A stretch of DNA of 62,943 nt, filler included, from Catajapyx aquilonaris (GCA_000934665.2; 2 parts of 2 records of this genome joined end to end with filler, not necessarily neighbours in it); one strand, 5' to 3'. Shown: positions 12,210 through 24,959, numbered from the whole stretch's first letter. Notes: generated by a model from the letters alone, not told the origin. Made by a program: numbers and translations.

Positions 12210-12450
12210 ACCAAGAATGTTTGTTGTGGACGACTTCAGCAGTGTTCTAGTGAATAGAACTCATCCAGATCCCGTCTCGTCACTGGATTTGCTCGGTGGC
12301 CTACAACTGGAACTCTTCTTCCGTCACTAGGGGTGGACGAGAGCCCTGCCTGGTGAGGAGACAGAGGGTGACAGGGAAGAAGAAGAGGGGTGAGTGACTC
12401 ATCCCCAATCAACATATGCCCATATTCACCTGATCTGCACTTACAGGGCC

Positions 12451-14167
12451 ATGTCACAGGCAGTGTGGATAAAGCAGGAAGAGATGGAGGGAGAAGAAGA
12501 GGATGGAACAGTCACACAGCAGGGGACATTGGAAGATGAGACCCCTTCTTGCTTTGACGATGGCTCAACACTTATAGAAGACACTATTCTTGTGGTCAAA
12601 CAGGAGCCAGAGGAAGAGGAGGAAGAGATGGTGGTGGCCACGTCCAGGATGGTTGAAGATGAAGACGACCCTTTAGGAGTTGGTTCCAGAAGGATTTCCT
12701 GGGTACGCTGAAATCACAGAGAATTAAATCGAGTCTCTGTAGCTGTTTTCAATGAAACCTGTACATTTTTTGCTGACCTACTGTGTTATTTAATCTTGAG
12801 TAGTTTTGAATACCAATATGCTAATGTTCTCCTTCATGAGCTTCATGTGATCTTACATGTACAGTGCTGGACATATTAGCCGTCGCTGAATGTTTTTTTT
12901 CCTGCGGCGGCGGCGTTACCTGGCAACCCTGTCCGGAGGGCCAATTCAAACATCAGCCCATGGAGAGCGCTTCCATTGTTGCCACTGTTTACAAATCGAG
13001 TGAGTGACGCGGACGACCCAGCGACGGGTCTCTTCTGCCTGCGCACTCACTCACTCGATTTGTAAACAGTGGCAACAATGGAAGCGCTCTCCATCGGCTG
13101 ATGTTTGAATTGGCCCGCCGGACAGGGTTGCCAGGTAACGCCGCTGCCGCAGCCGCCGGAAAAAAACATTCAGCAACGGCTAATTTGTCCAGCATTGTAC
13201 GGTACGAACAACTATAGGTGCAGTTTTCCTATTACTGTAAAAAAATAATTCACATCCATGTTTTATTACATTTTAGGTTCCCGATGGCGGGAGTAGCCAA
13301 GACCTATTTGCAGGATCAAAGGAAGCGATACGAAAGAGACGAACCAGAGCCAGCGAGACTGCAGAACAGAGGAGAACGAGATTGCAAAAGGAAGCGGAAA
13401 GGAAAGATGCTGCAAGAAAGCGAGAAACTCCAGAACAGAGAAGAACAAGATTGCAAAAGGAAGCGGAAAGGAAAGCTGCTGCAAGAAAGCGAGAAACTCC
13501 AGAACAAAGGAAGGCACGACTTGCACAAGATGTAGAGAGGTGGAGGCAAAAGATAATACGGGAAACACCTGAGCAGGCTTTGGTTCGACGCCAAAAGCAT
13601 GCTCAGATTATTGCAAGAATGCGCGCTGTAAAATTCAAAGGCAGGAGCTTGATGCAGCAAGGCACGGGTGAATGTGGCAACGTCGGACCGGACTTGAACC
13701 GAAAAGAGTTTACGAACGTTCATACAGGAGAGAGACCATTTCAATGTGAGGTGTGTGAGAAAAAGTTTAAGAAAGCATATGAGTTAAAAGCTCATATGCA
13801 TGTTCATTCAGGAGAAAAACCATTCCGTTGCACAGTTTGTGAAAAGGAATATCTCTGGGGAAGTAGTTTGAGTAATCATATGAAAATACACACCGCAGAC
13901 ACACCAGTCACTTGCGAAATTTGCAAAAAGGAATTTACGCGGGGAAGTAGTTTGAGCAGTCATATGAAAATTCACACTGGAGAGGCACCGCCACACACTT
14001 GCGAAATTTGTCAAAAGCAGTTCAGGCAGAAAGGTAATCTGAATATTCATATGAGAACGCACACGGGGGAGAAACCGTACACCTGTAGATATTGCCAGAA
14101 GTCGTTTAGTCAGTCAGGTAGTATGAAGGTACACATGCGGATGCACACAGACGAAGAACCAACGTAA
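12451..14167 (+). CDS. Array unit 5: acidic domain + four STPR-like 23-aa repeats + 5 C2H2 fingers
   Basis: Exons 12451-12702 (TGG|GTACGC) and 13277-14167 (TTTTAG|GTT), phase 0. ETAEQRRTRL/ETPEQRRTRL/ETPEQRKARL/ETPEQALVRR occur at 23-aa spacing, then TGERP-linked fingers. Confidence 0.85.
12862..13197. mobile_element. Tc1/mariner-type MITE (near-perfect foldback)
   Basis: TA|CAGTGCTGGACA...TGTCCAGCATTG|TA with about 145-bp inverted arms and a short spacer. Confidence 0.9.
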
Positions 14168-14380
14168 GTGCTCCAGGAAAATTGCAACTCATTAAAAACA
14201 ACAATCTGTGAATGTACATAGAGGCATCTATTTTGTTGTAATGGTTACCACAAAGACACGATGATTTACATAAAGTATAATTATATCATCAAACCTTTGA
14301 CTGTTTAAACTACCTGAAGTGTGACCCGAATTAAATTAATTTTGTGTCTAGTCGAATTAACAGCTCAGAGCAGCTTCACC

Positions 14381-14488
14381 AGTAGCGGCGACTCTTAATG
14401 ATGGAATAGCGTTTAAACTCATCCTTCTCTCAGGCGGTGATAGGAATGCACCACTTTAAAAAAAAGAACAATCAAACAAAGATGGCCG
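14381..14488 (+). promoter_or_regulatory. Conserved upstream cassette, unit 6
   Basis: AGTAGCGGCGACT..AATAGCGTTTA..CATCCTTCTCT..GGTGATAGGAATGCACC..AAGATGGCCG. Confidence 0.75.
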
Positions 14489-14600
14489 ACCAAGAATTGT
14501 CTGTTGTGAAAAGTTGAGAAGGTTTAAGATTACCTTTGAACTAATTTCTGCCAGGTATCAGATTATGATTGCATGACCTGCACTTAACATTTGCAGGAGC

Positions 14601-15310
14601 ATGTCACAGGAAGTGTGGATAAAGCAGGAGGAGGGGAAGGAGGAGGAAGAAGAAGGAACAATCACAGTGGAGGAGACCGTCGAGGAGGACACCCCATCTT
14701 GCTTTCATAATGACTCTACGCATATGGAAGACACTATTCATGTGGTCAAGCAGGAGCCAGAGGAGGAAGAGATGGTGACCATGCCAGAGGTAGTTGAAGA
14801 TGGAGATGACCCTTTGGCAGTTGCGTCCAGAAGGATTAGTTGGGTATGTAATCTGCTGAAGTGTATGACAAGTTGCCATTACTTTCAACAATCTGTTTTA
14901 TTATGTAGGTGCCACAACCAGGGAGTAGCCAACACCTACTTGCAAAGGACATGATCCGAAAGAGACTAGCCAGAGCCAACGAGACTGTAGAACAGAAACG
15001 AGCAAGACTGCAAAAGCAAGCAGAAAGGCAAGCAGCTGCAAGAAGGCGAGAGACTCCAGAACAGAGGACAGCACGACGTGAACGAGATGTGGAGAGGTGG
15101 AGGCAGAGGATCGGTCGGGAAACACCTGAGCAGACTTTGGTTCGGCTACAAAGACATGCAGAGGCTCGTGCGAGAATGCGTGCTAGAGAATCACAAGACA
15201 AAAAAAGGCAAAGACAGGAGCTTGATGCAGCGAGGCATGCATTTTTGAGGCAACGTCGTAAACAAGCTGGAGGACTTGAACCGGCAGAAATGGCTTCCGA
15301 AAGAATATGA
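14601..15310 (+). CDS. Array unit 6: acidic domain + four STPR-like repeats, no intact fingers
   Basis: Exons 14601-14843 and 14909-15310 (65-nt GT-AG intron), phase 0. ETVEQ/ETPEQ/ETPEQ/ESQDK at 23-aa spacing. Decayed finger DNA at about 15303-15450. Confidence 0.8.
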
Positions 15311-15791
15311 TCTGAAAATATTCATATGTAAAGTACGTTGATTGTTGCGAAGTGAGGAATTTCAGTGCCGAAGTGGTTTGAGAACTCATATGAAAATGCG
15401 CACAGGTGAGACATGCGGTTGCCCAATTTGACGAAAGAAGTTTAGCAATCTACTAGAAAATTAAAATGTGAGCACACCATAAAATGTCGCTATATCAGTA
15501 CCTAGCATCATGTGGATATTATTTTATGTAATAATTATTAATTTGTTTATCTAGTTATGGAAAATTTATCTGTATTGCTGTCATGTGGTATTGCTGTATA
15601 AATGTAGCGTATTTCTGGGTTGCAATTATTTAACACAACAAAACATATGGGTTAGTGATAAAATAGCCAGTGTGTTTATATGTAGAGTTGAACCCTGAAA
15701 TAATCATCATACTGTAAATTTATCGATTGAAAAATTAGATAGGTTCAATGGCAGAGAAAAAAAAGCCAATTAGCGGTTAGCAGCTGTCGCC

Positions 15792-15900
15792 AGTAGCTGC
15801 GACTGGTCAGATGGAAATAGCGGTTTAAAAAAATCGCATCCTTCTCTACCTCTGTGGTGGCGATAGGAATGCACCCAAGGGCGTGAATCCAAGATGGCCG
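15792..15900 (+). promoter_or_regulatory. Conserved upstream cassette, unit 7
   Basis: AGTAGCTGCGACT..AATAGCG..CATCCTTCTCT..GGTGGCGATAGGAATGCACCC..AAGATGGCCG. Confidence 0.75.
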
Positions 15901-15983
15901 AACCATATGTTGTGAAAATGTCAAGGACAATCCAGTGAATTGAGCTCATTTCTGCCCGTTTTGTGTTGCAGGAGAGAAGGACC

Positions 15984-17471
15984 ATGTCACAGGCAGTGTG
16001 GATTAAGACGGAGGAGGCGGAGGAAGGAGATGGGATGGTCACAGTGGAGGAGGCCTGGCAGCCGAAAGAGGAAACCCAGGAATGGTTGGACAATGATTCT
16101 ACGCCCTCCACGCCTTATTGTGAGGTCAAACAGGAGGAGGAAGAGATGGTGGTGGCCGTGCCTGAGGAAGATGAAGATGACCCTTTAGCAGATGGCTCTG
16201 GAAGGAATCGTGAGGTACTACTGAAAATGGCGGACACATATGTTCTGATATCCTTTGCAGGTTTTTCATGCAGACATATTGTGTTCACTTCACCAGCATG
16301 TGGTGTACACCACACCCAGCCACAGTGCGTAACAGAAATTGATGTACTCTTAACTTTTCAGGCATTGCAAGAGGAAGGTAATGAAGTCTGTGTGGCGGAA
16401 GGAGTGCAGATGGAAAAGATCTCAAGCCCGCATGATGGAAGCAATAAGCGATTTGATTGCCATGTGTGCCAGAAATCACTTGGGACCAAATATGGTTTGA
16501 AAATTCACATGCGAAGCCATACTGGAGAGAAGCCTTATTCTTGCCATATGTGCGAGAGGAAATTTAGTGTGACAAGCCATTTGCAAAGCCACTTAAAAAG
16601 TCACACTGGAGAGAAACCATTTTCATGCGAAGTTTGTCAAAAAAGGTTTCAGGAGTCACATGGGTTGAAAATTCATATGCGAATTCATACAGGAGAGGAC
16701 TCGTTTGCTTGTGAGGTGTGCCATAAAATGTTTCATGTTGCAAGTAAGCTGAAAACTCATATGCGGATTCATACAGGGGAGGAACCATTCATTTGTGAGG
16801 TTTGCCAGAAAAAGTTTAATGAAGCGAGCGACTTGAAAATTCACATGCGACTTCATACAGTACAGAAACTATTCTCTTGCGAAGTTTGCCAAAAGCAATT
16901 TAAGCAGGAAAAGAATTTGAGTAGCCATATAAAAATCCACACTGGAGAGACACCATACACATGCCCAATTTGTCCTAAGCAATTTACCCATGAAAGTCAA
17001 TTGAAAATACATATGCGAGCACACACGGGGGAGAAACCCTTCAGTTGCGAATATTGCCATAAGAAATTTAGTCAGTCAGGTAGTATGAAGACGCACATGC
17101 GAAAGCACACGGGTGAAAAACCATTTAGTTGCCAATATTGCCAGAAAACGTTTAGTCATTCCGGCAATATAAAGGCACACATGCGTAAGCACACAGGAGA
17201 AAAGCCATATACTTGCGAATATTGCCATAAGGAGTTCAGCCATTCGGGTAACATAAAGGCGCACATGCGACTGCACACGGGTGAAAAACCATTCCATTGC
17301 GAATATTGCCACAAGGAGTTTAGTCATGCCGGTAATATTAAGATACACATGCGACTGCACACTGGTGAAAAACCATTTAGCTGTGAATATTGCCATAAGG
17401 AGTTTATTCATTCCAATAGTATGAAGACACACATGCGGAAGCACACAGAGGAAAAACCAGTTCAGTTATAA
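15984..17471 (+). CDS. Array unit 7: acidic-domain C2H2 zinc-finger protein (12 fingers)
   Basis: Exons 15984-16214 and 16362-17471. The 147-nt intron is in frame and has no stop codon. Confidence 0.9.
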   Translation: MSQAVWIKTEEAEEGDGMVTVEEAWQPKEETQEWLDNDSTPSTPYCEVKQEEEEMVVAVPEEDEDDPLADGSGRNREVLLKMADTYVLISFAGFSCRHIVFTSPACGVHHTQPQCVTEIDVLLTFQALQEEGNEVCVAEGVQMEKISSPHDGSNKRFDCHVCQKSLGTKYGLKIHMRSHTGEKPYSCHMCERKFSVTSHLQSHLKSHTGEKPFSCEVCQKRFQESHGLKIHMRIHTGEDSFACEVCHKMFHVASKLKTHMRIHTGEEPFICEVCQKKFNEASDLKIHMRLHTVQKLFSCEVCQKQFKQEKNLSSHIKIHTGETPYTCPICPKQFTHESQLKIHMRAHTGEKPFSCEYCHKKFSQSGSMKTHMRKHTGEKPFSCQYCQKTFSHSGNIKAHMRKHTGEKPYTCEYCHKEFSHSGNIKAHMRLHTGEKPFHCEYCHKEFSHAGNIKIHMRLHTGEKPFSCEYCHKEFIHSNSMKTHMRKHTEEKPVQL

Positions 17472-17667
17472 TTTTTTTTTCAATGGCATCTAATTGGGAA
17501 CGGTATCTGCTTTGTTGTAATTATTTACATAATGATTAGAAATGTATATATGGAAGATGATGTGGTCTATAAAGTATGCTACACTCATATCTTTGGCTCT
17601 TACTGCAACAACGGACTGAAACATAACGAATAGCGATTAAAACCGCTATCGCAGGAGCAGTACCACA

Positions 17668-17778
17668 AGCGGCGACTGATAGCGCTTAACCTGACGCGGT
17701 GATCGCATCGCTCATCTGAAAAAGAAAGAAGAAAAAAAAAGCAACACGAAAAAAAAAGTAAACAATCAAAGATGGCCG
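17668..17778 (+). promoter_or_regulatory. Conserved upstream cassette, unit 8 (partly degenerate)
   Basis: AGCGGCGACT-GATAGCGCTTA..A-tract..AAGATGGCCG. UTR donor GAAGG|GTGAGT at 17948. Confidence 0.65.
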
Positions 17779-18010
17779 CCGATTCTTTCCAGTGTTCCAA
17801 ACGAATTTTGGTCTCTCGAAGGGTCTAGTGATTTGAATTCAATCTGATCGATTGATTTGTTCGATCGCCTGGAATAGTGGGACCCCCTTCCGCAGGCAGA
17901 GGGGGGTTGGACGGGAGTGTGTGGAGTCGGAGGGTGACACAGGAAGGGTGAGTGGATGGAAGCGAAATTCCTTAGGTTGATATTACATATTGCACTACAT
18001 TTGCAGGACC

Positions 18011-21000
18011 ATGTCACTGGGAATGAGGGTGAAGGAGGAAGAGGTGGACCCTGGTGACGGGACGGTCACTGTAGAGGAGATGGTGCAGTTGCATGTGAAA
18101 GAGGAGATCACGTCGACCTTTGAAGATGAGTCGATGGATGACCCACCTGTGGAGATCAAAGAGGAGCCACCGGAGGAGGAGGAGGAAGTGGCGGAGGTGA
18201 CTGGTGCCACTGAAGAGTTGGATGACCCTTTAGCCGGAGGTTCTGGAAGGTTTTGTGAGGTAAAAAGTACTGCTGATAAAATGTTATTATTTTTGACAAT
18301 CATCATATACAGAATTTAGAATGTGTCACTCCACCCTACAAACAATGGTGTAGTTACCATATTTATCACTTTCCCGGTTTCCACGTTCAACAGTGAGAGA
18401 ACAGAGTAGGTCCGCTCTCTACAGCAGTCAGAGAGGGTGGGACCCACTGCAACGGAGGCGAGACACGCGCTTGTTGTAGCATCCTGGTGGGCTCTGTCAG
18501 CATGACATGTACTTTCCCCCTGAGAGTGGCAGTAGTAGTGTGCAGAGGGACAACCTATGTACTACTTCCAAGTGAGGGGGTGGGCCAAGTAGTGTTGCCA
18601 AAATTTGGCACGCCACTCGTGGTATATGATGGCCCATTTTTAAAGTCACATCAAATATTAGTTAATGAATAAGTACTGACTGTGCAATGTGTCAACACTG
18701 CAATATGTAATGTTTACATTTGAGCGATTTGATCGGCAATGTTGCAGCAATGTCATCACCGCGCGAAAGTAACAATATACGAGGGCCCTACTAATATGAT
18801 TTACAATTTATTTTTTTGACACAAATACAGTGCCCGTACAGGTCGACTGATAGTAACACATTATCGAGAAAATTCTCCTGGAGCTGAATGAACAGGAGTC
18901 GTGGGTGTGGCAACCCTTCCTGTCCCTCCAGGAACCATTTTTTGGAGGTTTGGCGCACCCCCTCCCGGACAACTGCTTGCACTCAACAATGTCCTCGAAA
19001 TTGCATCAACGAAGGAGTTTTTTTCATGGATCTGAACAGGTGAAAGTCACTGCGGCCCAAATCGGTGAGTAGAGCAAGTGTGGAAGCACCTAAATCCAGA
19101 GACACGAAGAAAACCCTTTGCCGACGCCATTTCGAGGACACGGTTGACAGTTGTTTAGGTTGTTGATTGTGCACAGTTGTCCAGTTGTGTGTGTGTCGCA
19201 CCTCCAAAGAGTGGTTCCTGGAGGGCCTGGAGAGGTTGACACACCTGTGGTGGCAGTGCATTCGGCTCCAGGAGGATTCTATCTATAATGTGTGACTATC
19301 TTCTCACCTGTACAGGCACTGTATTAGAGGCAAAAAAAAAAAAAATGTAAATCATTTTAGTAAGGCCTTAATATTTTCATCCCAAACAATAGCATTTGTC
19401 TCATTGTTCGTATGTAATTGCAGATTTGTGCATAGATGCATTTTTTATTTCAATAAAATTACAATTCGTGAACAATGTATCACAAAAAAAATGTCCATCA
19501 TGTAGCATTGTCAGAAAAAGAACAAAAATCTGAAAGATTCCCAGTGACTACTGTGACCATTTCAAAGCAAAACATTGCATTTGCCGCAAATGCAGGTTGG
19601 CAAATAGGCACACACTATCGACAGAACCCTCCCGGAGCCGAATGCGCAGGAGTTATGGGTGTGGCAACCTCTCCAGGACCTCCTGCTTCGCTGGTGAGAA
19701 GAATAACTACTAGACCACCATGCCCCCCCGCCTCCAGTGACTTTCATCTGTTCAAATATATTGAAAACGTACCTTCGCCGATGCCATTTTGCGGATATTG
19801 TTGACTGTGAAGAGTTATCCAGGAGTCGGTAAGCCGCACCACCAAAAAGTAGTTCCTGGAGGGCCTGGAGACGTTGACCAGTGCCAATGCCAGTGCGTTC
19901 AGCTCCAGGTGGATTCTATCTATAATGTGTGCCTATTTTTTGACCTGCATGGGCGTTTTGTCTGTGGCAAAAAACAAATTGTAAATTATTTTGGTACCGC
20001 CCTCGTACATTGAACATCATTAGGAACTAGTTCCAATAAAAGTCATAATGATTCACGTAGATTGGTCCTGGAGGACATCATTTTTTTCATGTTTGATTTA
20101 TGTACACTGCTGTCTCTATTTAGGCCACTTCAAACACTGGCGTTGCCAAGAAAAATGGAATTTATATGTGGGGGTGGGGTGGACGGAATGTTCTGGTCTT
20201 TCCTGCAACACATACTCTTATTTTCTGTTACGTAGAGATCTTTGGCAGTCACACTGTGTGATGTCTGCTACAAATGCTCCGAGATCTATTGCTTTCAAAT
20301 GACCGAAAGACGTGTGTAAATTGTTACACCATCACACAGCATAACTGAAATTTACATGCTGAAATTCACTTTCCAGGCAGTGCTAGAAGAGAGTGACGAA
20401 GTCTATGTGGAGAAAGGAGTCCTGCCGAACAAGATCACCAAACCTCGTGATAGAAGCAAGCGATTTGACTGCCCAGTGTGCCAGAAAACTCTTGGCACCA
20501 AAAGTGATTTAAAAATTCACATGCGATACCATACCGGAGAGAAGCCCTACGCCTGCCACATCTGCGAGAAGAGATTTATTGTGTCAAGTCATCTGCAGAG
20601 CCACATAAAAAATCATACTGGAGAGAGGCCATATTCATGTGAGGTGTGCCAGAGAAGGTTTCGTGAATCTCATAGCTTGAAAATTCACATGCGAATGCAC
20701 ACGGGAGAGACACCATTTGTTTGTGAGGTTTGCCAGAAAAAGTTTAATGCTTCATACGAGTTGAAAGTTCACATGCGAATTCATACAGGTGAGAAACCAT
20801 TCCAATGTGAAGTGTGCCGGAAGGAGTTTTACATTGCCGGTCATTTGAAAAGCCACATGAGAGTTCATACAGGGGAGAAACCTTTTGCATGTGAAGTGTG
20901 CCAGAAAAGGTTTCATGAATCATATCACTTGAAAATTCACATGCGAAACCATACGGGAGAAACACCATTTATTTGTGAGGTGTGCCAGAAAAAGTTCACT

Positions 21001-21144
21001 ACATCATACGGTTTGAAAGTTCATTTGCGAATTCATACAGGTGAAAAACCATATCAATGTGAGGTGTGCGAGAAAACATTCCGAGTGACAAGTCATTTGC
21101 AAAGCCACATGAAAATTCATGCTGAAGAGAAATCCTATTGTTAG
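18011..21144 (+). CDS. Array unit 8: acidic-domain C2H2 zinc-finger protein (8 fingers)
   Basis: Exons 18011-18259 (GAG|GTAAAA) and 20377-21144 (TTCCAG|GCA), phase 0. Confidence 0.88.
18780..20005. mobile_element. Mariner-derived non-autonomous foldback element(s), two tandem copies
   Basis: TA|CGAGGGC...GCCCTCG|TA ends. The arms translate to degenerate transposase C-terminus (SDFHLFRSMK; KEWFLEGLERL..WQCI) on both strands. The right arm occurs twice (about 19200-19368 and 19835-20005). Confidence 0.8.
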
Positions 21145-21803
21145 AAGAAGTCTAGTCAGATATAGTATGAATGCACGCAATGGAAAAGCCTATCTGCAAG
21201 TGGGAAAATGTAAAATGGCAGCTTATTAAAAATATTATTTGTACATACATAGAGAAATGTCAGCTTTGTTTTAATGATTTCCACCAGAATGCATAAGAGA
21301 CAATGTGCATAGAAGAAGTGCAGTTGCCCCTACAGTATGCCATGGTCATGTAGCTTTTACACTTTCCCTCCTCACCATCCACCCCCCACAGTATATGTCA
21401 ATCGTAGTCACATGTTGTAATAGAGACTAGCTGCTCATTGTGATAATTACGCAAAAAAAAAGGTGTCAGACGACAGGATGCTTTCTTTACTGGAAGACCT
21501 TCCAGAAACCTTTGTTATTCCTGCTGGAAGACATGACAACAATTCGTGTGCATGCAGCTTGAAAATTAATTTTACCTTTCTGTAATGAGGCACTCTGCAT
21601 TTCAATTCTGCGTTTGGCACGTTGTGTAAGGTATTATAACTTAATATACAGTATATCAAAACATGGGTGTGCGATTTGCGAGGTGGGTAATAAATATCCA
21701 GTGTGTTTAAAGAGTATTTGTTATTTCCAATAACGATTTTTATTTATTCCACATTCTGTTTCCAATAATTACGATTATTATGCCTCCTTGGAGTAGCAGT
21801 GAT

Positions 21804-21923
21804 AGTAGCTGCGACTCTTGAGGCATGGATAGCGCATAAGCCCGTCCTTGCAACCTGGTGCGGGGGTAGGAACGCACCCTCTTTTGCATTAAAAAAAAAG
21901 AGAAGCGAAATCAAAGATGGCCG
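21804..21923 (+). promoter_or_regulatory. Conserved upstream cassette, unit 9
   Basis: AGTAGCTGCGACT..GATAGCGCATA..GGAACGCACCC..A-tract..AAGATGGCCG. Confidence 0.7.
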
Positions 21924-22168
21924 ACTGAGCATTGTTATTGATTCTCTTCTTTTGGTGAATGGAACTCGTTTGAACCCGTCTCATTCTCTGGATTTGGTTC
22001 CATTGGAACCCGGAGGAGGAGGGACTCTTCCCCTGGCGTCCACACATCGTTGGAACTCGAGAGGCTGGGGAGTGGGGGACTGTGAAGGGAAGAAGGGTGA
22101 GTGGTGGGGATGGACTGATCTGATTCCCTTTGCCCACACTTCTCAGAGACTTCTGTGTTTGCAGGACC

Positions 22169-24495
22169 ATGTCTTTGATCCTGAGGATAAAGAAGGAAGA
22201 GGGGAAGGAAGAAGAAGATGAGGAGGACATCACAACAGAGGAGACCTGGCAGATGGCCGTGAAGGAGGAGACCCCTTCTTATTCCCTTGATGATGGCGCT
22301 ACTCTCACAGAAGACATGCTTCGTGAGATCAAGAAGGAGGAAGCTGAGGAGGAGATGGTGGCAACCACGTCCAGGGTCGTTGAAGAGGAAGATGACCCTT
22401 TAGGTGTTGGTTGCATCAGGATTTATGGGGTATGCCATCAGCTGAAAATCTGCCCGAGCCTTCCTTTTGGTCTGTTGAACCCCCACTTCTTGTTTGACCT
22501 TTGACACTAAACAAATGTAATTGGAAATGTCAGTCCACATAATATGTATTTCTATTGCATGATGCATCATATATGCAGAACTTATGAGGGTCCCTTGGGG
22601 GTGATATTTTCTTGGACTGTGAAGGAGGAAGCACGGCACTTGCATTGGGCTACCACAGTGGCAGGTTATGCTTCCTGCAGGGGGATTGCAAGCCAGGAAT
22701 CATCAATAAGAAAGCAGGAGGAAGTGTCCAGCATGGAGGATGGCTTGTGTGTCGTATGCAGCCCCCTGCAACTCCCGCGATGCGGCAGCGGACTTAGTTT
22801 TTTCCAGCCCGGATTTGGCGCTTCAGATGCTACACTGTTGGCTGCTCCGTCCTCAGGTGCAGTCGGGCAGATGAGGCCTGAGGGCATAGAAGGAGCATTT
22901 GTATTGATGGTTTGGGTTGGTTCACAAGTCGTCTGCACCAGGTGCACCTGGGGACCGAGTAGCCTACGGTATAGTGCCAGCAGCGCCAAATCCGGGCTGG
23001 CGGAGACTCTCTAAGTCTGCTACTGTCACCATAAAGCTACGATTGGAGTTGCAGGGGACTGGTTGTATGGTCTTTAAGGCTACTCTGCTCCAAGTATTTA
23101 TATATGAGCAGCCATGTCCGTCCTAGCACATAAGAATGCCTTTCCCACTTGTCAACAATGAGTTGCTTTTTGTGCTAGAGGTGTACCTCACTTCAAGTGC
23201 TTTGCTTTACTGTACTTTTAATTATGTCCTTTTTAATTATTGTTGGGAATGAGATGGTTTATAAAACTTTGCAAATTTTTCCTGTTTGAATCATGGAGAC
23301 AGATTGTGTCTATTGGCATAGACTGTCGAATAGCATCGTTATCATCGTTAATGATATAATTGTCTCTCCTTTGGGGAGGCGGAGCGGCACTGCGGTAACG
23401 TATTGTTAGTCTCAGCAATCTCCATAATAATACCCTACGTCTACTGCAGTTCTTGCCAAAAGAATGGAAAAGAGGCCTGATCTGATGCAATTCCCCCTTC
23501 AGCCTGTTCAAGTCAGTATGAAGAAAGCAGTCCAGAAGAAAAGGATCACTACACGCCAGCGATTTGATTGCCAAGTGTGCCAGAAATCGCTTGGAACCAA
23601 ATATGGTTTGGAACTTCACATGCGAAACCATACGGGAGAGAAGCCCTTTTCCTGCCACATCTGCCAGAAGAGATTTATTGCAACAGGTCATTTGAAAAGC
23701 CACATGAGAAATCACACTGCAGAGAGACCATATTCATGTGAGGTGTGCCATAAAAAGTATTTTGCATCATATGAGTTGAAAATTCACATGCGAATTCATG
23801 CAGGGGAGAACCGATTTCAATGTGAGGTGTGTCAAAAAAAGTTTCGTGCCGCATATGATTTGAAAATTCACATGCTAAATCATACAAAGGAGAGACCCTT
23901 TCAATGTGAGGTGTGCCAAAAACGGTGTAAGGTTGCACATAAGTTGAAAATCCACATGCGAATTCATACAGGAGAGAAACCGTTTCAATGTGAGGTGTGC
24001 CAGAAAAGATTTAATAGTTCGCATTCTTTGAAAATTCACATGCGAATTCATACTGGGGAGAAACCATTTCATTGTGGGGTGTGCCAGAAGAAATTTCATT
24101 GGAAAACTTCTTTGGAATCCCATTTGATAACTCACACTGCGAAGGAGCAATTCAGTTGTACATATTGTCGGAAGAAATTTACTAACTCAAGTAGTATGAA
24201 GGCACACATGTGCATTCACACGAGTGAAAAAACGCTTCATTGCAAATATTGCCAAAAGGGGTTTAGTGACTCAAGTCGTATGAAGAGACATTTGCTAATT
24301 CACACTGGCGAAAAACCATTTAGTTGCAAATATTGCCAGATGATGTTCAATCAGTCAAGTAGTATGAAGTTACATTTACGCATTCACACAGGCGAAAAAC
24401 CATTTAGTTGCAAATATTGCCCGATGAGGTTCAGTCAGTCAAGTAGTATGAAGAGACATAGTATGCAAAAACACGCAGGTGAAAACCCCGGTTAG
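22169..24495 (+). CDS. Array unit 9: acidic-domain C2H2 zinc-finger protein (11 fingers)
   Basis: Exons 22169-22429 and 23503-24495, phase 0. Confidence 0.88.
22787..23021. mobile_element. Small GC-rich TIR element (MITE-like)
   Basis: Perfect 19-bp inverted repeat CCAGCCCGGATTTGGCGCT plus outer GACTTAG/CTAAGTC. Absent from the homologous intron of unit 11. Confidence 0.65.
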
Positions 24496-24959
24496 ATTTA
24501 ATTTCTTTTCAGAAAGAATATGTAAAATGGCAGCTCATTGGAAAGATTATCTGTGCTCATCCAGAAGCATGTCCTTTACTGTAATTATTTGTGATTAGAA
24601 ATGTACTGTACATGGAAGATACCTTCGCATATTTATTTCCTTTGCCCCCCACACATGTCACTCATAAGCAGGATGAGGTACAGACATCTCAGTGTGATGC
24701 ACAGCAGGTGTCAGAAAACATGCTTTCGTCGTCAAAAGCTCCCCGCAAACCTACTAGTTCATACTGATGGAAGCCTCGACATCCTTTCTGAAATTAATTA
24801 TTCGAACATAATACGTACATTCAGCAACATTTGAAACTTGTTACAATATTGCAAAGATGGAGGCGACTTCTGACTACTTGAGTGCATTTTGCATGAATTA
24901 TAATGATCAATATTTCCATATTCGTGCAATAAGTAGCGGCTATCAGAGCAGCAGTCGCC

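Noticed and set aside
22544..23014. 156-aa ORF in the unit 9 intron
   Set aside because: It has no recognisable domain and overlaps a GC-rich TIR element.
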